A stretch of 64,000 nucleotides of DNA, taken from positions 17,260-81,259 of the forward strand of contig JANNSO010000038.1 in assembly GCA_031402655.1 (NCBI GenBank). Direction: 5' to 3'. Made by a program: the position numbers and the translations under genes. Positions 25,181 through 34,024 of this stretch are shown here, piece after piece. The stretch comes from Spirochaetota bacterium. Its GTDB lineage: Bacteria; Spirochaetota; Spirochaetia; Treponematales; UBA12059. The notes under the pieces are model-generated. The model did no database searches and was not told the DNA's origin. It was given only the letters and a program-made list of their open reading frames with translations. Numbering within the stretch: the first letter of the stretch is position 1; every line of letters starts with the position of its first letter.

Positions 25181-25284
25181 GACTCTCTAATAACCCTGTT
25201 GGTTATCAGGGATGCCTCTCTGATTCCTTACAGGAATCAGGTTTTTTAATGGTCGACCTCGCAAAACTGAAGTTTTTCGAGGTC
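25181..25284 (-). repeat. ~104-nt three-hairpin repeat element, copy A (partner 36450-36553, opposite orientation)
   Basis: Hairpins lie at 25255-25284 (GACCTCG...CGAGGTC), 25220-25240 (CTGATTCC...GGAATCAG) and 25187-25209. A 35-nt core (ACCATTAAAAAACCTGATTCCTGTAAGGAATCAGA on the minus strand) is identical to copy B. Confidence 0.75.
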
Positions 25285-25344
25285 CCCTTATAAAAAAAGC
25301 TGAGGGCAACATATTTTTGCCAAGAACGCTTGCGCCACTATTCA

Positions 25345-25395
25345 GTGAAAAAAAGAGGACCGCTTTCTACTTTTGAATGCGGTCCTGTTTTTTTC
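25345..25395. terminator. Bidirectional intrinsic terminator
   Basis: Stem GGACCGC (25357-63) pairs with GCGGTCC (25379-85). It is flanked by an A-run upstream and TGTTTTTTT downstream. It follows the minus-strand nitroreductase-like gene and closes the plus-strand MCO unit. Confidence 0.65.
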
Positions 25396-25893
25396 TGACT
25401 AATACCGGCATAAGGTCTATTATTCTGTGAATCCAATCTGCTGGATAAATAAAGGGACTTCGTCCTTTGCTAGTCCCAATGTGTCGATCGCCCCTTGGGC
25501 CTTTAGCGAATATTGAATTATGGATGCGAGATTTCTCGCTGATGCCGCAAGGGATATATTTTGCGCTGCGAATCCAGCCGTAGCGTGTGACATCAGCGTG
25601 AATGTAGCGGGATTCGCCTTTAGGAAGGACGGAGTCAAGGAATTGTCCACAGTATAAACGACCATTGCCGCTGCATTGGGGATAGCTGCCTGCGAAATTA
25701 GCGCTCGTAAATCGCCTGTTTTTATAAACTTGAGAGCCTGAATCTCAGGTTGGTATTTGTAAGCGCCTTTTTCGGTAAGAAGGTAGATGTTAATATAAGA
25801 TTGCTCTCCCGAAAAGGATATATTTCTTCCCGCTTTAGTGGCGCTGCTTACTGCGTCGACGGGCCTAAGCCCAAGACCCGCCCATAATATGAA
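25357..25893. repeat. Right arm of the 537-bp inverted repeat (partner 18692-19228)
   Basis: Covers the 3' two-thirds of the intact nitroreductase-like gene plus its terminator stem. See the left-arm entry. Confidence 0.8.
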
Positions 25894-26070
25894 GGACAAA
25901 TCGGGTGCGGGAATCTCCTTCTTTACAAAGGTTCTTGAAACACGGCGATCCTGAATTGCCTTGGCAAGGTCGATTCCTACGCTTCTTGCCGGTTTTTGCA
26001 ATGGTATGTCTTGTGTGAAGACGCTTGCTGCCGCGGAAACCGCGATTAAAATTGCCAGTAATCTTTTCAT
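25420..26070 (-). CDS. Secreted nitroreductase-family-like protein
   Basis: 216 aa with signal peptide MKRLLAILIAVSAAASVFTQ. RRVSRTFVKKEIPAPDLSFILWAGLG resembles the N-terminal R.S.R.F....l....l..iL.A motif of nitroreductase-fold proteins. The family call is tentative. Confidence 0.55.
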   Translation of the reverse strand: MKRLLAILIAVSAAASVFTQDIPLQKPARSVGIDLAKAIQDRRVSRTFVKKEIPAPDLSFILWAGLGLRPVDAVSSATKAGRNISFSGEQSYINIYLLTEKGAYKYQPEIQALKFIKTGDLRALISQAAIPNAAAMVVYTVDNSLTPSFLKANPATFTLMSHATAGFAAQNISLAASARNLASIIQYSLKAQGAIDTLGLAKDEVPLFIQQIGFTE

Positions 26071-26148
26071 CTCTTGATCCTTTCTCTAACGTCGAGCCTT
26101 ATCCGGCCCAACGATCACAACTTGCCAGGCAAGTTATTCTCTTATAAG

Positions 26149-26868
26149 TTATTTTAAGTTGACTGCCTTAATCAACTTGTCAACAAAGACCACTTTCCCC
26201 CTTTCATCTTTCTCCTCAAATTTCCTTGGAGTCCAACCTGAAACTTTAGCCGGGTCCAAGCCGGCCTGAACAAGTGGACCTAGATTTAATATCCAGACAA
26301 GATCATTACTGTTCATTGAGAGATCTTGAGCCCATTCGATCATATTGCCGTCGGCGAGCATTATGCCATAATGGTAGAGTTTTTTATGAAATCGGAAATT
26401 GTTGGGATAAATCCTGGCTATCTCCGCGAATGTAGCTTTGAGCGAATCCTTGGTATCCGAAGCAGTTTTTTTGTTTCCAAGCTCAAAATGAAGCATAAAC
26501 CTATCACCCTCAATTTCGTATTTGACGCCTTCTACCATCGGGAGCTTACTTGGGTCCAAGCCGGCAGCTAAAAATGGCTTAACATCAAAAGAGAACTCAG
26601 CATCCGGCTTATCCATATCCGGCATTCCTGACCCCCCGGCGTTACGGGAAAAATCAGAAGAAAAATAAACTTCGTCACCTTGCGTAGATGCGAGCATCCA
26701 GGCAGAGTCCTCCTCGACCCATGTTACATTGCTTCCCGAAGCGTCTGCGACGGCATTGAAGGATGCTTTTGCTTTTTCGGTTACTAAAGAACTCGAATTG
26801 CACCCGGAAAATAAAATTAAAATCGCCGTGAAAGCGATTCCTACCGCGAATACTTTTGGATTTCTCAT
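26149..26868 (-). CDS. Lipoprotein of unknown function
   Basis: 239 aa with lipobox LILFSGC. There is an internal duplication (PFLAAGLDPSKLPMVEG / PLVQAGLDPAKVSGWTP). Confidence 0.6.
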   Translation of the reverse strand: MRNPKVFAVGIAFTAILILFSGCNSSSLVTEKAKASFNAVADASGSNVTWVEEDSAWMLASTQGDEVYFSSDFSRNAGGSGMPDMDKPDAEFSFDVKPFLAAGLDPSKLPMVEGVKYEIEGDRFMLHFELGNKKTASDTKDSLKATFAEIARIYPNNFRFHKKLYHYGIMLADGNMIEWAQDLSMNSNDLVWILNLGPLVQAGLDPAKVSGWTPRKFEEKDERGKVVFVDKLIKAVNLK

Positions 26869-27410
26869 GAATTTCTCCCTTTGTTTCCGGCTTTACCGGT
26901 TTTTAGTTCCATCTTCCAGGAATGTAATCTGGTTCAAAGCATAATCTTTCTCGCACTATATTGCAAATAATAACCATTAATTATGAATTTTACATGAATG
27001 CCTGATAGTATCTTTGTACTATCGATTCATTTTGATTTTACTACCTCGTGCTATTTATACAAGGATTCTGTTCGATAGACTGCAAGAATAGCGAAAGTAG
27101 ATATCGTATTTTATCAGCTATCCACATGAGTGCCCTGCGAAGAAGGTGGTAGAAGTGACCAATACTAATCCGATGAGCTTGACTATAATAAAGCGTAGTC
27201 TTGTTATTGTCAAAGTGAGTAGAGGATATCTATGTATTTAAAACGGGCAATCGACACGAGGCTTAGTACTTGCTCGTCACGGATCGAGCGGAAATTTTGA
27301 ACCCTGAACTCAAGCAACATATTAGACTCCGATATAAAAAAAATACATTAGTATTGCAGATTTTCTACCGGGATATAATTTATTTTTATACCCCTCCATA
27401 TCATTGATCC

Positions 27411-28631
27411 TTAAGCGATAAAAGGCAAAATCCTTGCCTCCACCGCCATGGCGGTTTCTTTAAGGCGGATATCATGGTCGGCATGGTCATAATGATCCGT
27501 CATGCTCTTGGTTAAGTGCCCAGTTGACTCCCTTAGGTTCTCGTCGGAAATCGTTCCGCGAAGCAAGGTATTATAGAGGTGGCGGAGTGAGTGAAAAGTA
27601 ATATTCCTGGCTTGCCTGGAACCCATAGGCACAGGACGTTTTGCTCCTGCATCCTTAATGCCTATTATACCTAGCTGAGCGTAAAATGCGGTTTCGATAG
27701 TCTTTCCATGGATGGGTACTGCTTCTTTTTCCGACCAGAATACCCAATCATTTTTATAGGGATTAAGCTTTTTCAGCTTGCAAATTGCCAGGTATAAAAC
27801 TTTGGGCAGGAATACGACTCGGGTCTTCCCGTTTTTTGTGCTTTTCAAGCCTTCTTTTTTACTATAGGAGCCTGATACCACGATGCGATCAGACTCGATC
27901 ATCGAATGGCGTAAACCGATAACCTCGCCAAGTCGAAGCCCGCATGCCAGCGAAATCATGGCAGCTATCTTGATACGGTCGTTATCCCACTTTGAGTTGA
28001 AGAGGCTCTTAATTTCCAGGCTGGTCAACAAGCCTTTAACTACGTTGTCCTTCTGTAGCTTAGGTACCCGCTGAATGGGGTTGTCGCGAATCATACCAAG
28101 GCGTAGCGCCTCGCTTAATGGCTTGCCTAGCGTGCAGAGAAGGGCATTACAGCTCGTGTTGCTCAATCCGGTTCACTGCTTAAAATCGAGAATAAACGAT
28201 TCGATAGCCCCGCTCGTCACTTTGGAAAGAAGGGTATCACCAAGCGCGCTGGCGATAAGGTATCGCTTAATATAAGAGTGATTGCTCATTACGTATTCTT
28301 TGCCAATAGAACGGCCTCGTAACCTGAGAGCCCGTATATATGAGGATTGCTCCCAGTCCCAAAACTGCAGGCAATAGTCGCCGAACTGGATCTCTTTTAC
28401 GCGCTTTTCCACCCCATACTTTTCTAGCCATGCCTGAGCGATAAGACGGGAATCGGGTTTCTTTGTCGCCGAGTACATTGCAGAATCAAGGCTCAGTAGT
28501 TCGCGCAGCCGCTCAACAGAACGCCCAGTCAAGTAAACGCGTCCCTCTGGGTCCCAGAATTGAACATAATAGGAAAACCGAGCATTTGTACTGGATCTTC
28601 GCTTGTATAGGGCATAGGGAAACCGCGCCAT
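27411..28631 (-). pseudogene. Tyrosine recombinase/integrase interrupted by one in-frame TGA (28173-28175)
   Basis: The track ORFs 28173..28670 (N-terminal arm/SAM-like part, likely start MARFPYALYKRR at 28631) and 27411..28166 (catalytic part) are in the same frame. Across the junction the sequence reads ...FILDFKQ*TGLSNTSCNAL.... Catalytic residues are present: GLRLGE (R), HSLRH (HxxR), GHLTKSMTDHYDH (H..Y). It is adjacent to the tRNA 3' end. Confidence 0.8.
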
Positions 28632-28748
28632 CGTGTGCTCCGAAAAAATCTGACATTTCGTCTGACACACACTGTTTAGACCGCAAGCACCATAAAATAC
28701 AAAAACCGCAATCCCTTATCTAGTAAGGAGTTGCGGTTCTCGTCTAAT

Positions 28749-28821
28749 TGGAGAATACCGGATTCGAACCGGTGACCTATTGATTGCGAACCAATCGCTC
28801 TACCAACTGAGCTAATTCCCC
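28749..28821 (-). tRNA. tRNA-Ala (anticodon CGC)
   Basis: The minus strand reads GGGGAAT TA GCTC AGTTGGTA GAGC G ATTGG TTCGCAA TCAAT AGGTC ACCGG TTCGAAT CCGGT ATTCTCC A. This folds as a 73-nt cloverleaf with the G3:U70 alanine identity pair and anticodon CGC. CCA is not encoded. Confidence 0.9.
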
Positions 28822-28963
28822 AAGGTTGGGCTTGACTATAATCGAGTGTAAAAAAATAATCAAGCATTTGACTCTTGGCTGTCGAATCTTGGCAAAAAAT
28901 ATTTCTGTGATACCTTACAAAGCAAAGGAAACCGTCAACGGTTCTTTTTTTGGAGGAACAGGC

Positions 28964-29476
28964 ATGAAGCGGTTTAGCTTATTTCTAATAATCATAACTA
29001 TTTGCGCGGGTATCGCAGCAGCGGAAGACGTCTATGTGTTGCGGGCAAAAACAGGAAGCAGCGAAGGAGCTGATCTTTGGGCGCGAAATATGCCGCTCAG
29101 TGCCGAGGCTCTGTCCCTCTACGCACCCCTTGGCTTCACGGCGAGCGGCAAAGCCGTCAATTATAATCGAAGTGCGGATTTATCGTATTCCGTCCGTGAT
29201 CTGGGCGTGGCAGCCGAAACGGCAAACGGCGAAATTCTTCATTTCAGCGTTACTTTTTCCGGAAAACCGAAACTTCCAACCCCATCCAGGGTCATTACGC
29301 TGAAGATTCTGGTTTCGGAATTAAAAAAAGATTCCGTTCGCACTGAATCGCCTGGTTTCCTGGCATTGAATAAAGCCATCCTGCAAAGCAACTATAAAAC
29401 GGGAAGCGCATGGATTCAATCGACGGAATATGACGGCAAAAATACATTTACGGTCAAAGTGGCGCTAAAAAAATAA
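28964..29476 (+). CDS. Secreted hypothetical protein
   Basis: I prefer the internal ATG 28964, which gives a signal peptide (MKRFSLFLIIITICAGIAAAEDV). The longer track ORF starts inside the tRNA flank. Confidence 0.55.
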   Translation: MKRFSLFLIIITICAGIAAAEDVYVLRAKTGSSEGADLWARNMPLSAEALSLYAPLGFTASGKAVNYNRSADLSYSVRDLGVAAETANGEILHFSVTFSGKPKLPTPSRVITLKILVSELKKDSVRTESPGFLALNKAILQSNYKTGSAWIQSTEYDGKNTFTVKVALKK

Positions 29477-29541
29477 AACCGGATTCCCTAATTGCCGAAT
29501 CCGTCTTCTCAAGACTCGAGATTGGCATTACAATCCAGTCT

Positions 29542-30648
29542 ATGGATTATGAGCAATTTGCCCTAGGTATCAGATCCCTTGTGGAAAAGACACCCTTGTT
29601 CGGGCGCGAAAAACTGGAATCGGTACTGGTAATCAATCCGCGCGCCGGTGGATTCGCGCACCCGGCTCGCTATCGGCGCGCGCTTAAAAGCCTGCAGGCG
29701 GCCGTAACCTCATCGTCTGAAATGCCCACCCGCGGCGCAGATACCGCCTTCCGGACTTTGCCTACCGATTCCCCGCGGCATGCCAGCCGCTTCGCCATTA
29801 ACCTGCTGGAAGAAGCCGCCATCAAGCCAGGTTCCACCTGGCTTATAATTTTGGCCTGCGGCGATGGCACCAGCCTCGAATTCCTCGACGAGCTGTCGAG
29901 GGCACCTTCCGATATCCGCGAGCGTTTTACCATGCTGCGCCTTCCCATGGGAACCGGCAACGACGCGTCGGACGGCAGGTTCCTGGACGACTCGCTGTCC
30001 AGGCTTCTTGAGCACGGCAGCATCGAGCGGCAATGCGCGCTGCTCGTAAAGCCCAACCCGGCCGGGCCTGCAAACAAACGCACCACGGGCAGCCGCCAGG
30101 ACGACTCGAGCGGTGGACACTGGCGCTCCTTTAACATAGCCAGCATCGGACTGGATGCCTACGTTACGCATAAAACGAATCAGCTCAAGGCAAGCATGCC
30201 CGGCGATTCATATAAATTGTGGCTGGACATCGCTTCGGTATTCTACGATAAAGTTTATCCTCCGCGCGACATGCTCATCATCGCGAAGGACGCCCAGGGC
30301 AAGGAAACCGCTCGTTACGACGGCCTGTTCCTGCTCGTTGCCATGGGCGTAAGCGGCTGCCGCACCTACGGTTCCAACAAGCCCATCCTTCCCGACGCCG
30401 ACACGGTCTGCGCAGTACGGCAGATGCCCCTTATGCAGAAGCTCGCTCTCAAGACGCGGGTTGCCAAAGGCCTGCACCGCTCGCATCCCGCGGTCTGCCT
30501 TTTTTCCGCCGACACCCTGGAAATCCATTACTCAGGCAAGCTTCTCGTACAGATGGACGGCGAAGCCGAGCTTCTACAGCCGGAGGATTTTCCGCTGGTC
30601 ATGGAACGCACCGGACCCATCATCAGGTACCTGGCGCGCAGGGACTGA
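29542..30648 (+). CDS. Diacylglycerol/lipid kinase catalytic-domain protein (YegS/BmrU-like)
   Basis: 368 aa with the DAGK_cat motifs ILACGDGTSLEFL and LPMGTGNDASDG. Confidence 0.75.
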   Translation: MDYEQFALGIRSLVEKTPLFGREKLESVLVINPRAGGFAHPARYRRALKSLQAAVTSSSEMPTRGADTAFRTLPTDSPRHASRFAINLLEEAAIKPGSTWLIILACGDGTSLEFLDELSRAPSDIRERFTMLRLPMGTGNDASDGRFLDDSLSRLLEHGSIERQCALLVKPNPAGPANKRTTGSRQDDSSGGHWRSFNIASIGLDAYVTHKTNQLKASMPGDSYKLWLDIASVFYDKVYPPRDMLIIAKDAQGKETARYDGLFLLVAMGVSGCRTYGSNKPILPDADTVCAVRQMPLMQKLALKTRVAKGLHRSHPAVCLFSADTLEIHYSGKLLVQMDGEAELLQPEDFPLVMERTGPIIRYLARRD

Positions 30649-30771
30649 AGCAGGCAGGAAATCACCGGGCACACTGGAAATTCCCCCCGTAATTATGCCA
30701 TACTCCAAGAACGTATGCCCGGAGCCAGTAGCGCGGGCCTACCGTACATAGAATAGTTCCGAGGAGTTTCC

Positions 30772-33700
30772 ATGTTCGAGCCCGTAGACAACAAAGTCAG
30801 CTTCCCCGCGATGGAAGAAAAAGTTCTCGCATTCTGGCGGGAAAACAGCGTATTCGAAAAATCGATAAGTCAGCGCGAAGGCGCCACCGAATACGTTTTT
30901 TACGACGGACCGCCTTTTGCCACCGGCCTGCCGCACTTTGGCCACTTTGTTCCGGGAACCATCAAGGACATCGTTCCGCGCTATAAAACCATGAAGGGCT
31001 TCAAGGTGGAGCGACGCTTCGGCTGGGACTGCCACGGCCTTCCGGTGGAATACGAGATGGAAAAAGAGCTCGGCATCTCGGGGAAAAAAGCCATAGAAGA
31101 TTTCGGCGTCGCCAAGTTCAACGAGGCGTGCAGATCCATAGTCCTCCGCTACACCGGCGAATGGCGCCGCATCATGACGCGTGCCGGCCGCTGGGTGGAT
31201 TTCGACAATGACTACAAGACCATGGATCCCGACTACATGGAATCCATCTGGGCCGTGGTCAAGAACCTGTGGGACCAAAAGCTCGTGTACGAAGGTTATT
31301 ATATCCTTCCCTATTGCCCGCGCTGTTCCACGGTGCTGTCCAACCACGAATTGGCCCAGGGCGGCTACAAGGACGTGCACGACCCCGCCATCACGGTAAA
31401 GTTCAAGGTAAAAGCCGACCCGAAAGGCGCACCGGGCCTCCTCAGCTCCGGCGAAAACACCTTTATCCTGGCGTGGACAACAACCCCGTGGACGCTGCCC
31501 TCCAACCTGGCGCTCGCAGTCGGCGCGGACATGGACTACGTCCTCGTAGAAGACGGGCAGGAGCGCTATGTCCTGGCCGAGGCGCGGCTTGCCGCATATT
31601 ATAAAGATATAACCAGCCTCAAGGTCCTGAAAAAACTCAAGGGCAGCGAGCTCGTTGGCGCGCAGTACGAGCCCCTGTTCCCCTATTTCGCCGACCTGAC
31701 CGCCAAAGGCGCCTTCCGCGTGCACACGGCGGACTACGTCACCACAGAGGACGGCACGGGCATCGTGCATACCGCTCCCGGCTTCGGCGAGGACGACTAC
31801 CAGACCCTAAAAGGAACGGGCGTGCCCACCGTCTGCCCGGTAGACGGTGAATGTAAATTTACCGACGAGGTAAGCGACTATAAAGGCATGTTCGTAAAGG
31901 ACTGCGACAAACCTATAATCGAGCGCCTCAAGGCAGAAGGCAAGCTGGTCAAGAAAGAGCAATACCTCCACCCCTACCCGCACTGCTACCGCTGCTCGAG
32001 CCCGCTCATCTACCGCGCCATATCCAGCTGGTTCGTAAAGATAGAGCCCGTAAAGCAGAAGATGCTCGACGCCAACGGAAAAATCTACTGGGTCCCCAAC
32101 CATATCCAGGGCGGCCGCTTCGGCAAGTGGCTGGAAAACGCCCGCGACTGGGCCATAAGCCGTAACCGCTACTGGGGCAACCCGCTTCCCATCTGGAAAT
32201 GCGATTCATGCAGCGCCACTACCTGCGTGGGCTCGCGCGACGAGCTTGAAAAACTATCAGGCACCCGCCCCGCGGACCTTCACAAGCATTTCGTGGACGA
32301 CATAAGCTGGAACTGCGCAAAACCCGGCTGCCAGGGCACCATGAAACGCATACCCGAAGTTCTCGACTGCTGGTTCGAGTCGGGCTCGATGCCCTACGCG
32401 CAGGTGCATTATCCATTTGAGAACAAAAAACACTTCGAGGAACACTTCCCCGCGGACTTCATCTCCGAAGGCCTGGACCAGACCAGGGGCTGGTTCTATA
32501 CGCTTACCATACTCGCGGCCGCCATGTTCGACAAACCCGCGTTCAAGGCCTGCGTCGTCAACGGCCTCATCCTGGCAGCCGACGGCCGCAAGATGAGCAA
32601 GAGCCTCCGCAACTATACCGACCCCATGAAGGTCATGGAAGAATTCGGCGCGGACGCCCTTCGCCTGTTCCTCATGAATTCGGGAGCCACGCGGGGCGAC
32701 GACCTCGTCTATACCGACGACGGCGTCAAGGATGTGCTCAAGAGCATACTGCTGCCGCTGTGGAGCGCCTACGGATTCCTCGTTACCTACGCGCGCCTGG
32801 ACAAGATCGACCCAAGCGACGCCAAGCCGGGGACGGGCAACCCCATGGACCGTTGGATACTTTCCGTCTGCGAGACCATGGTGCGCGACGTAAGCGCGGG
32901 CCTCGAAGCGTACGACATGCAGAAAGCCATAGCCCCGCTCGTGGATTTCATCGACGCCCTGAACAACTGGTACATCCGCCGATCGCGCAGGCGCTTCTGG
33001 CGCAGCGAAAACGACGGCGACAAGATAGAGGCCTACGCGACCCTATACCGCGTGCTCAAGCGATTCGCCCTGATACTGGCGCCGGTCGCTCCGTTCATCA
33101 GCGAGACCATGTGGCAGAACTTCCGCCGCGACGCAGACCCCGCGAGCGTGCACCTGGCCGCCTGGCCCGGGTACGACGACAGCTTCCGCGACGAAAGCCT
33201 TGAATGGAAAATGGCCACCATCCGTAAGGCGGTCACCATGGGTCGCGCGCTGCGCTATCAGCACAACCTCAAGATCCGCCAGCCGCTGGCCAGCGTGCTC
33301 ATCGTTACCCGCGACGCTAAAGAGCGCTCCGTGCTCCTTGAGATGGAGGAAATCGTGCGCGAGGAACTCAACGTCAAGGAAGTAATCTTCCGCGACAACG
33401 AGGAAGACTTGGTGGAATATAGCGCCAAAGCCAACTTCCGCGTGCTGGGCAAGGAACTGGGCAAAGACATGAAGGAAGGCGCGGCCATCATAGAAAAGCT
33501 TGCGGCCAACCAGATAGCCGGCCTCCTGGCAGGCGCGTCCTTCGAGATAACGGTAGCGGGAAAACGCATCGACATTACCAAGGACAAGGTTGAAGTCCAG
33601 CGCACCGAAAAAGCGAGCCTTCGCGTGCTCAACGAAGGCACGCTTACCGTAGCCCTCGACGCCAGGATAAGCGGAGAACTGATGGACGAAGGAAACGCAC

Positions 33701-33933
33701 GCGACCTGATCCGCGGCGTGCAGACCTTGCGAAAAGAATCAGGCTTTGCCGTAAGCGACCGCATAGAGCTCTTTGTTTTCGGCAGCGCAGAACTCCGCCG
33801 CTCCTTCGATGCCTTCTCCGAGTTCGTGGCCAGCGAAACGCTGGCGCTGCAGATCCGCTGGGAGGAAACCCCCGGCATGGGCACAATCGAAGCAGGAGAC
33901 GAAAACTGGAAAGTGTCGATTAAGAGACTGTAA
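30772..33933 (+). CDS. ileS: Isoleucine--tRNA ligase, type 2 (long form)
   Basis: 1053 aa. HIGH-type motif PHFGHF, KMSKS present, WTTTPWTLPSN, and class Ia editing and anticodon-binding regions. Confidence 0.95.
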   Translation: MFEPVDNKVSFPAMEEKVLAFWRENSVFEKSISQREGATEYVFYDGPPFATGLPHFGHFVPGTIKDIVPRYKTMKGFKVERRFGWDCHGLPVEYEMEKELGISGKKAIEDFGVAKFNEACRSIVLRYTGEWRRIMTRAGRWVDFDNDYKTMDPDYMESIWAVVKNLWDQKLVYEGYYILPYCPRCSTVLSNHELAQGGYKDVHDPAITVKFKVKADPKGAPGLLSSGENTFILAWTTTPWTLPSNLALAVGADMDYVLVEDGQERYVLAEARLAAYYKDITSLKVLKKLKGSELVGAQYEPLFPYFADLTAKGAFRVHTADYVTTEDGTGIVHTAPGFGEDDYQTLKGTGVPTVCPVDGECKFTDEVSDYKGMFVKDCDKPIIERLKAEGKLVKKEQYLHPYPHCYRCSSPLIYRAISSWFVKIEPVKQKMLDANGKIYWVPNHIQGGRFGKWLENARDWAISRNRYWGNPLPIWKCDSCSATTCVGSRDELEKLSGTRPADLHKHFVDDISWNCAKPGCQGTMKRIPEVLDCWFESGSMPYAQVHYPFENKKHFEEHFPADFISEGLDQTRGWFYTLTILAAAMFDKPAFKACVVNGLILAADGRKMSKSLRNYTDPMKVMEEFGADALRLFLMNSGATRGDDLVYTDDGVKDVLKSILLPLWSAYGFLVTYARLDKIDPSDAKPGTGNPMDRWILSVCETMVRDVSAGLEAYDMQKAIAPLVDFIDALNNWYIRRSRRRFWRSENDGDKIEAYATLYRVLKRFALILAPVAPFISETMWQNFRRDADPASVHLAAWPGYDDSFRDESLEWKMATIRKAVTMGRALRYQHNLKIRQPLASVLIVTRDAKERSVLLEMEEIVREELNVKEVIFRDNEEDLVEYSAKANFRVLGKELGKDMKEGAAIIEKLAANQIAGLLAGASFEITVAGKRIDITKDKVEVQRTEKASLRVLNEGTLTVALDARISGELMDEGNARDLIRGVQTLRKESGFAVSDRIELFVFGSAELRRSFDAFSEFVASETLALQIRWEETPGMGTIEAGDENWKVSIKRL

Positions 33934-34024
33934 CCCGGGATTTTTTTTCGCGGACGCGGAGCAGAGCAGCAGGACAGCGCCTTCGTGCGCTCCATTTCGT
34001 TCTTCGCCGCGTCAGGCTAAAATA

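Larger units (their letters stand above)
1..28748. mobile_element. tRNA-Ala-associated mosaic genomic island (left end beyond window)
   Basis: An integrase gene lies next to the tRNA 3' end. The sequence is visibly lower in GC than everything right of ~29.5 kb. Cargo includes defence genes, phage/ICE-type genes, gene fragments and repeats. I found no tRNA-derived direct repeat inside the window. Confidence 0.6.

Noticed and set aside
26869-27410. 540-bp AT-rich non-coding stretch next to the integrase; checked for an excisionase gene, att core or iterons
   Set aside because: There is no convincing small HTH ORF on either strand and only trivial short palindromes. It is left unannotated.
28173-28175. 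TGA in the integrase as selenocysteine or reassigned codon
   Set aside because: TGA functions as a genuine stop for several well-defined genes in the window, for example the SNF2 helicase, der and the PEGA gene. I see no SECIS-like hairpin directly downstream. A nonsense mutation or sequencing error is the simpler explanation.
1-28748. Direct repeat of the tRNA-Ala 3' end (distal att site) inside the window
   Set aside because: I looked by eye for GGATTCGAACCGGTGACC-like sequence at module boundaries (11.8-12.2, 16.7-17.5, 18.3-19.8, 24.9-25.4 and 26.9-27.4 kb) and found none. The far end of the island is probably beyond position 1. A computational search should confirm this.
28676-28867. 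63-aa minus-strand ORF covering the tRNA
   Set aside because: It is simply the tRNA-Ala sequence read as protein.
30649-30771. Possible T-box leader upstream of ileS
   Set aside because: The intergenic region is only ~120 nt and lacks a specifier/T-box (AGGGTGGNACCGCG-like) sequence or a terminator/antiterminator pair.
30739-31770. 343-aa minus-strand ORF opposite ileS
   Set aside because: It is an antisense shadow ORF typical of GC-rich DNA. The translation is Gly/Arg/Val/His-rich with no motifs, and the plus strand encodes an unmistakable IleRS.
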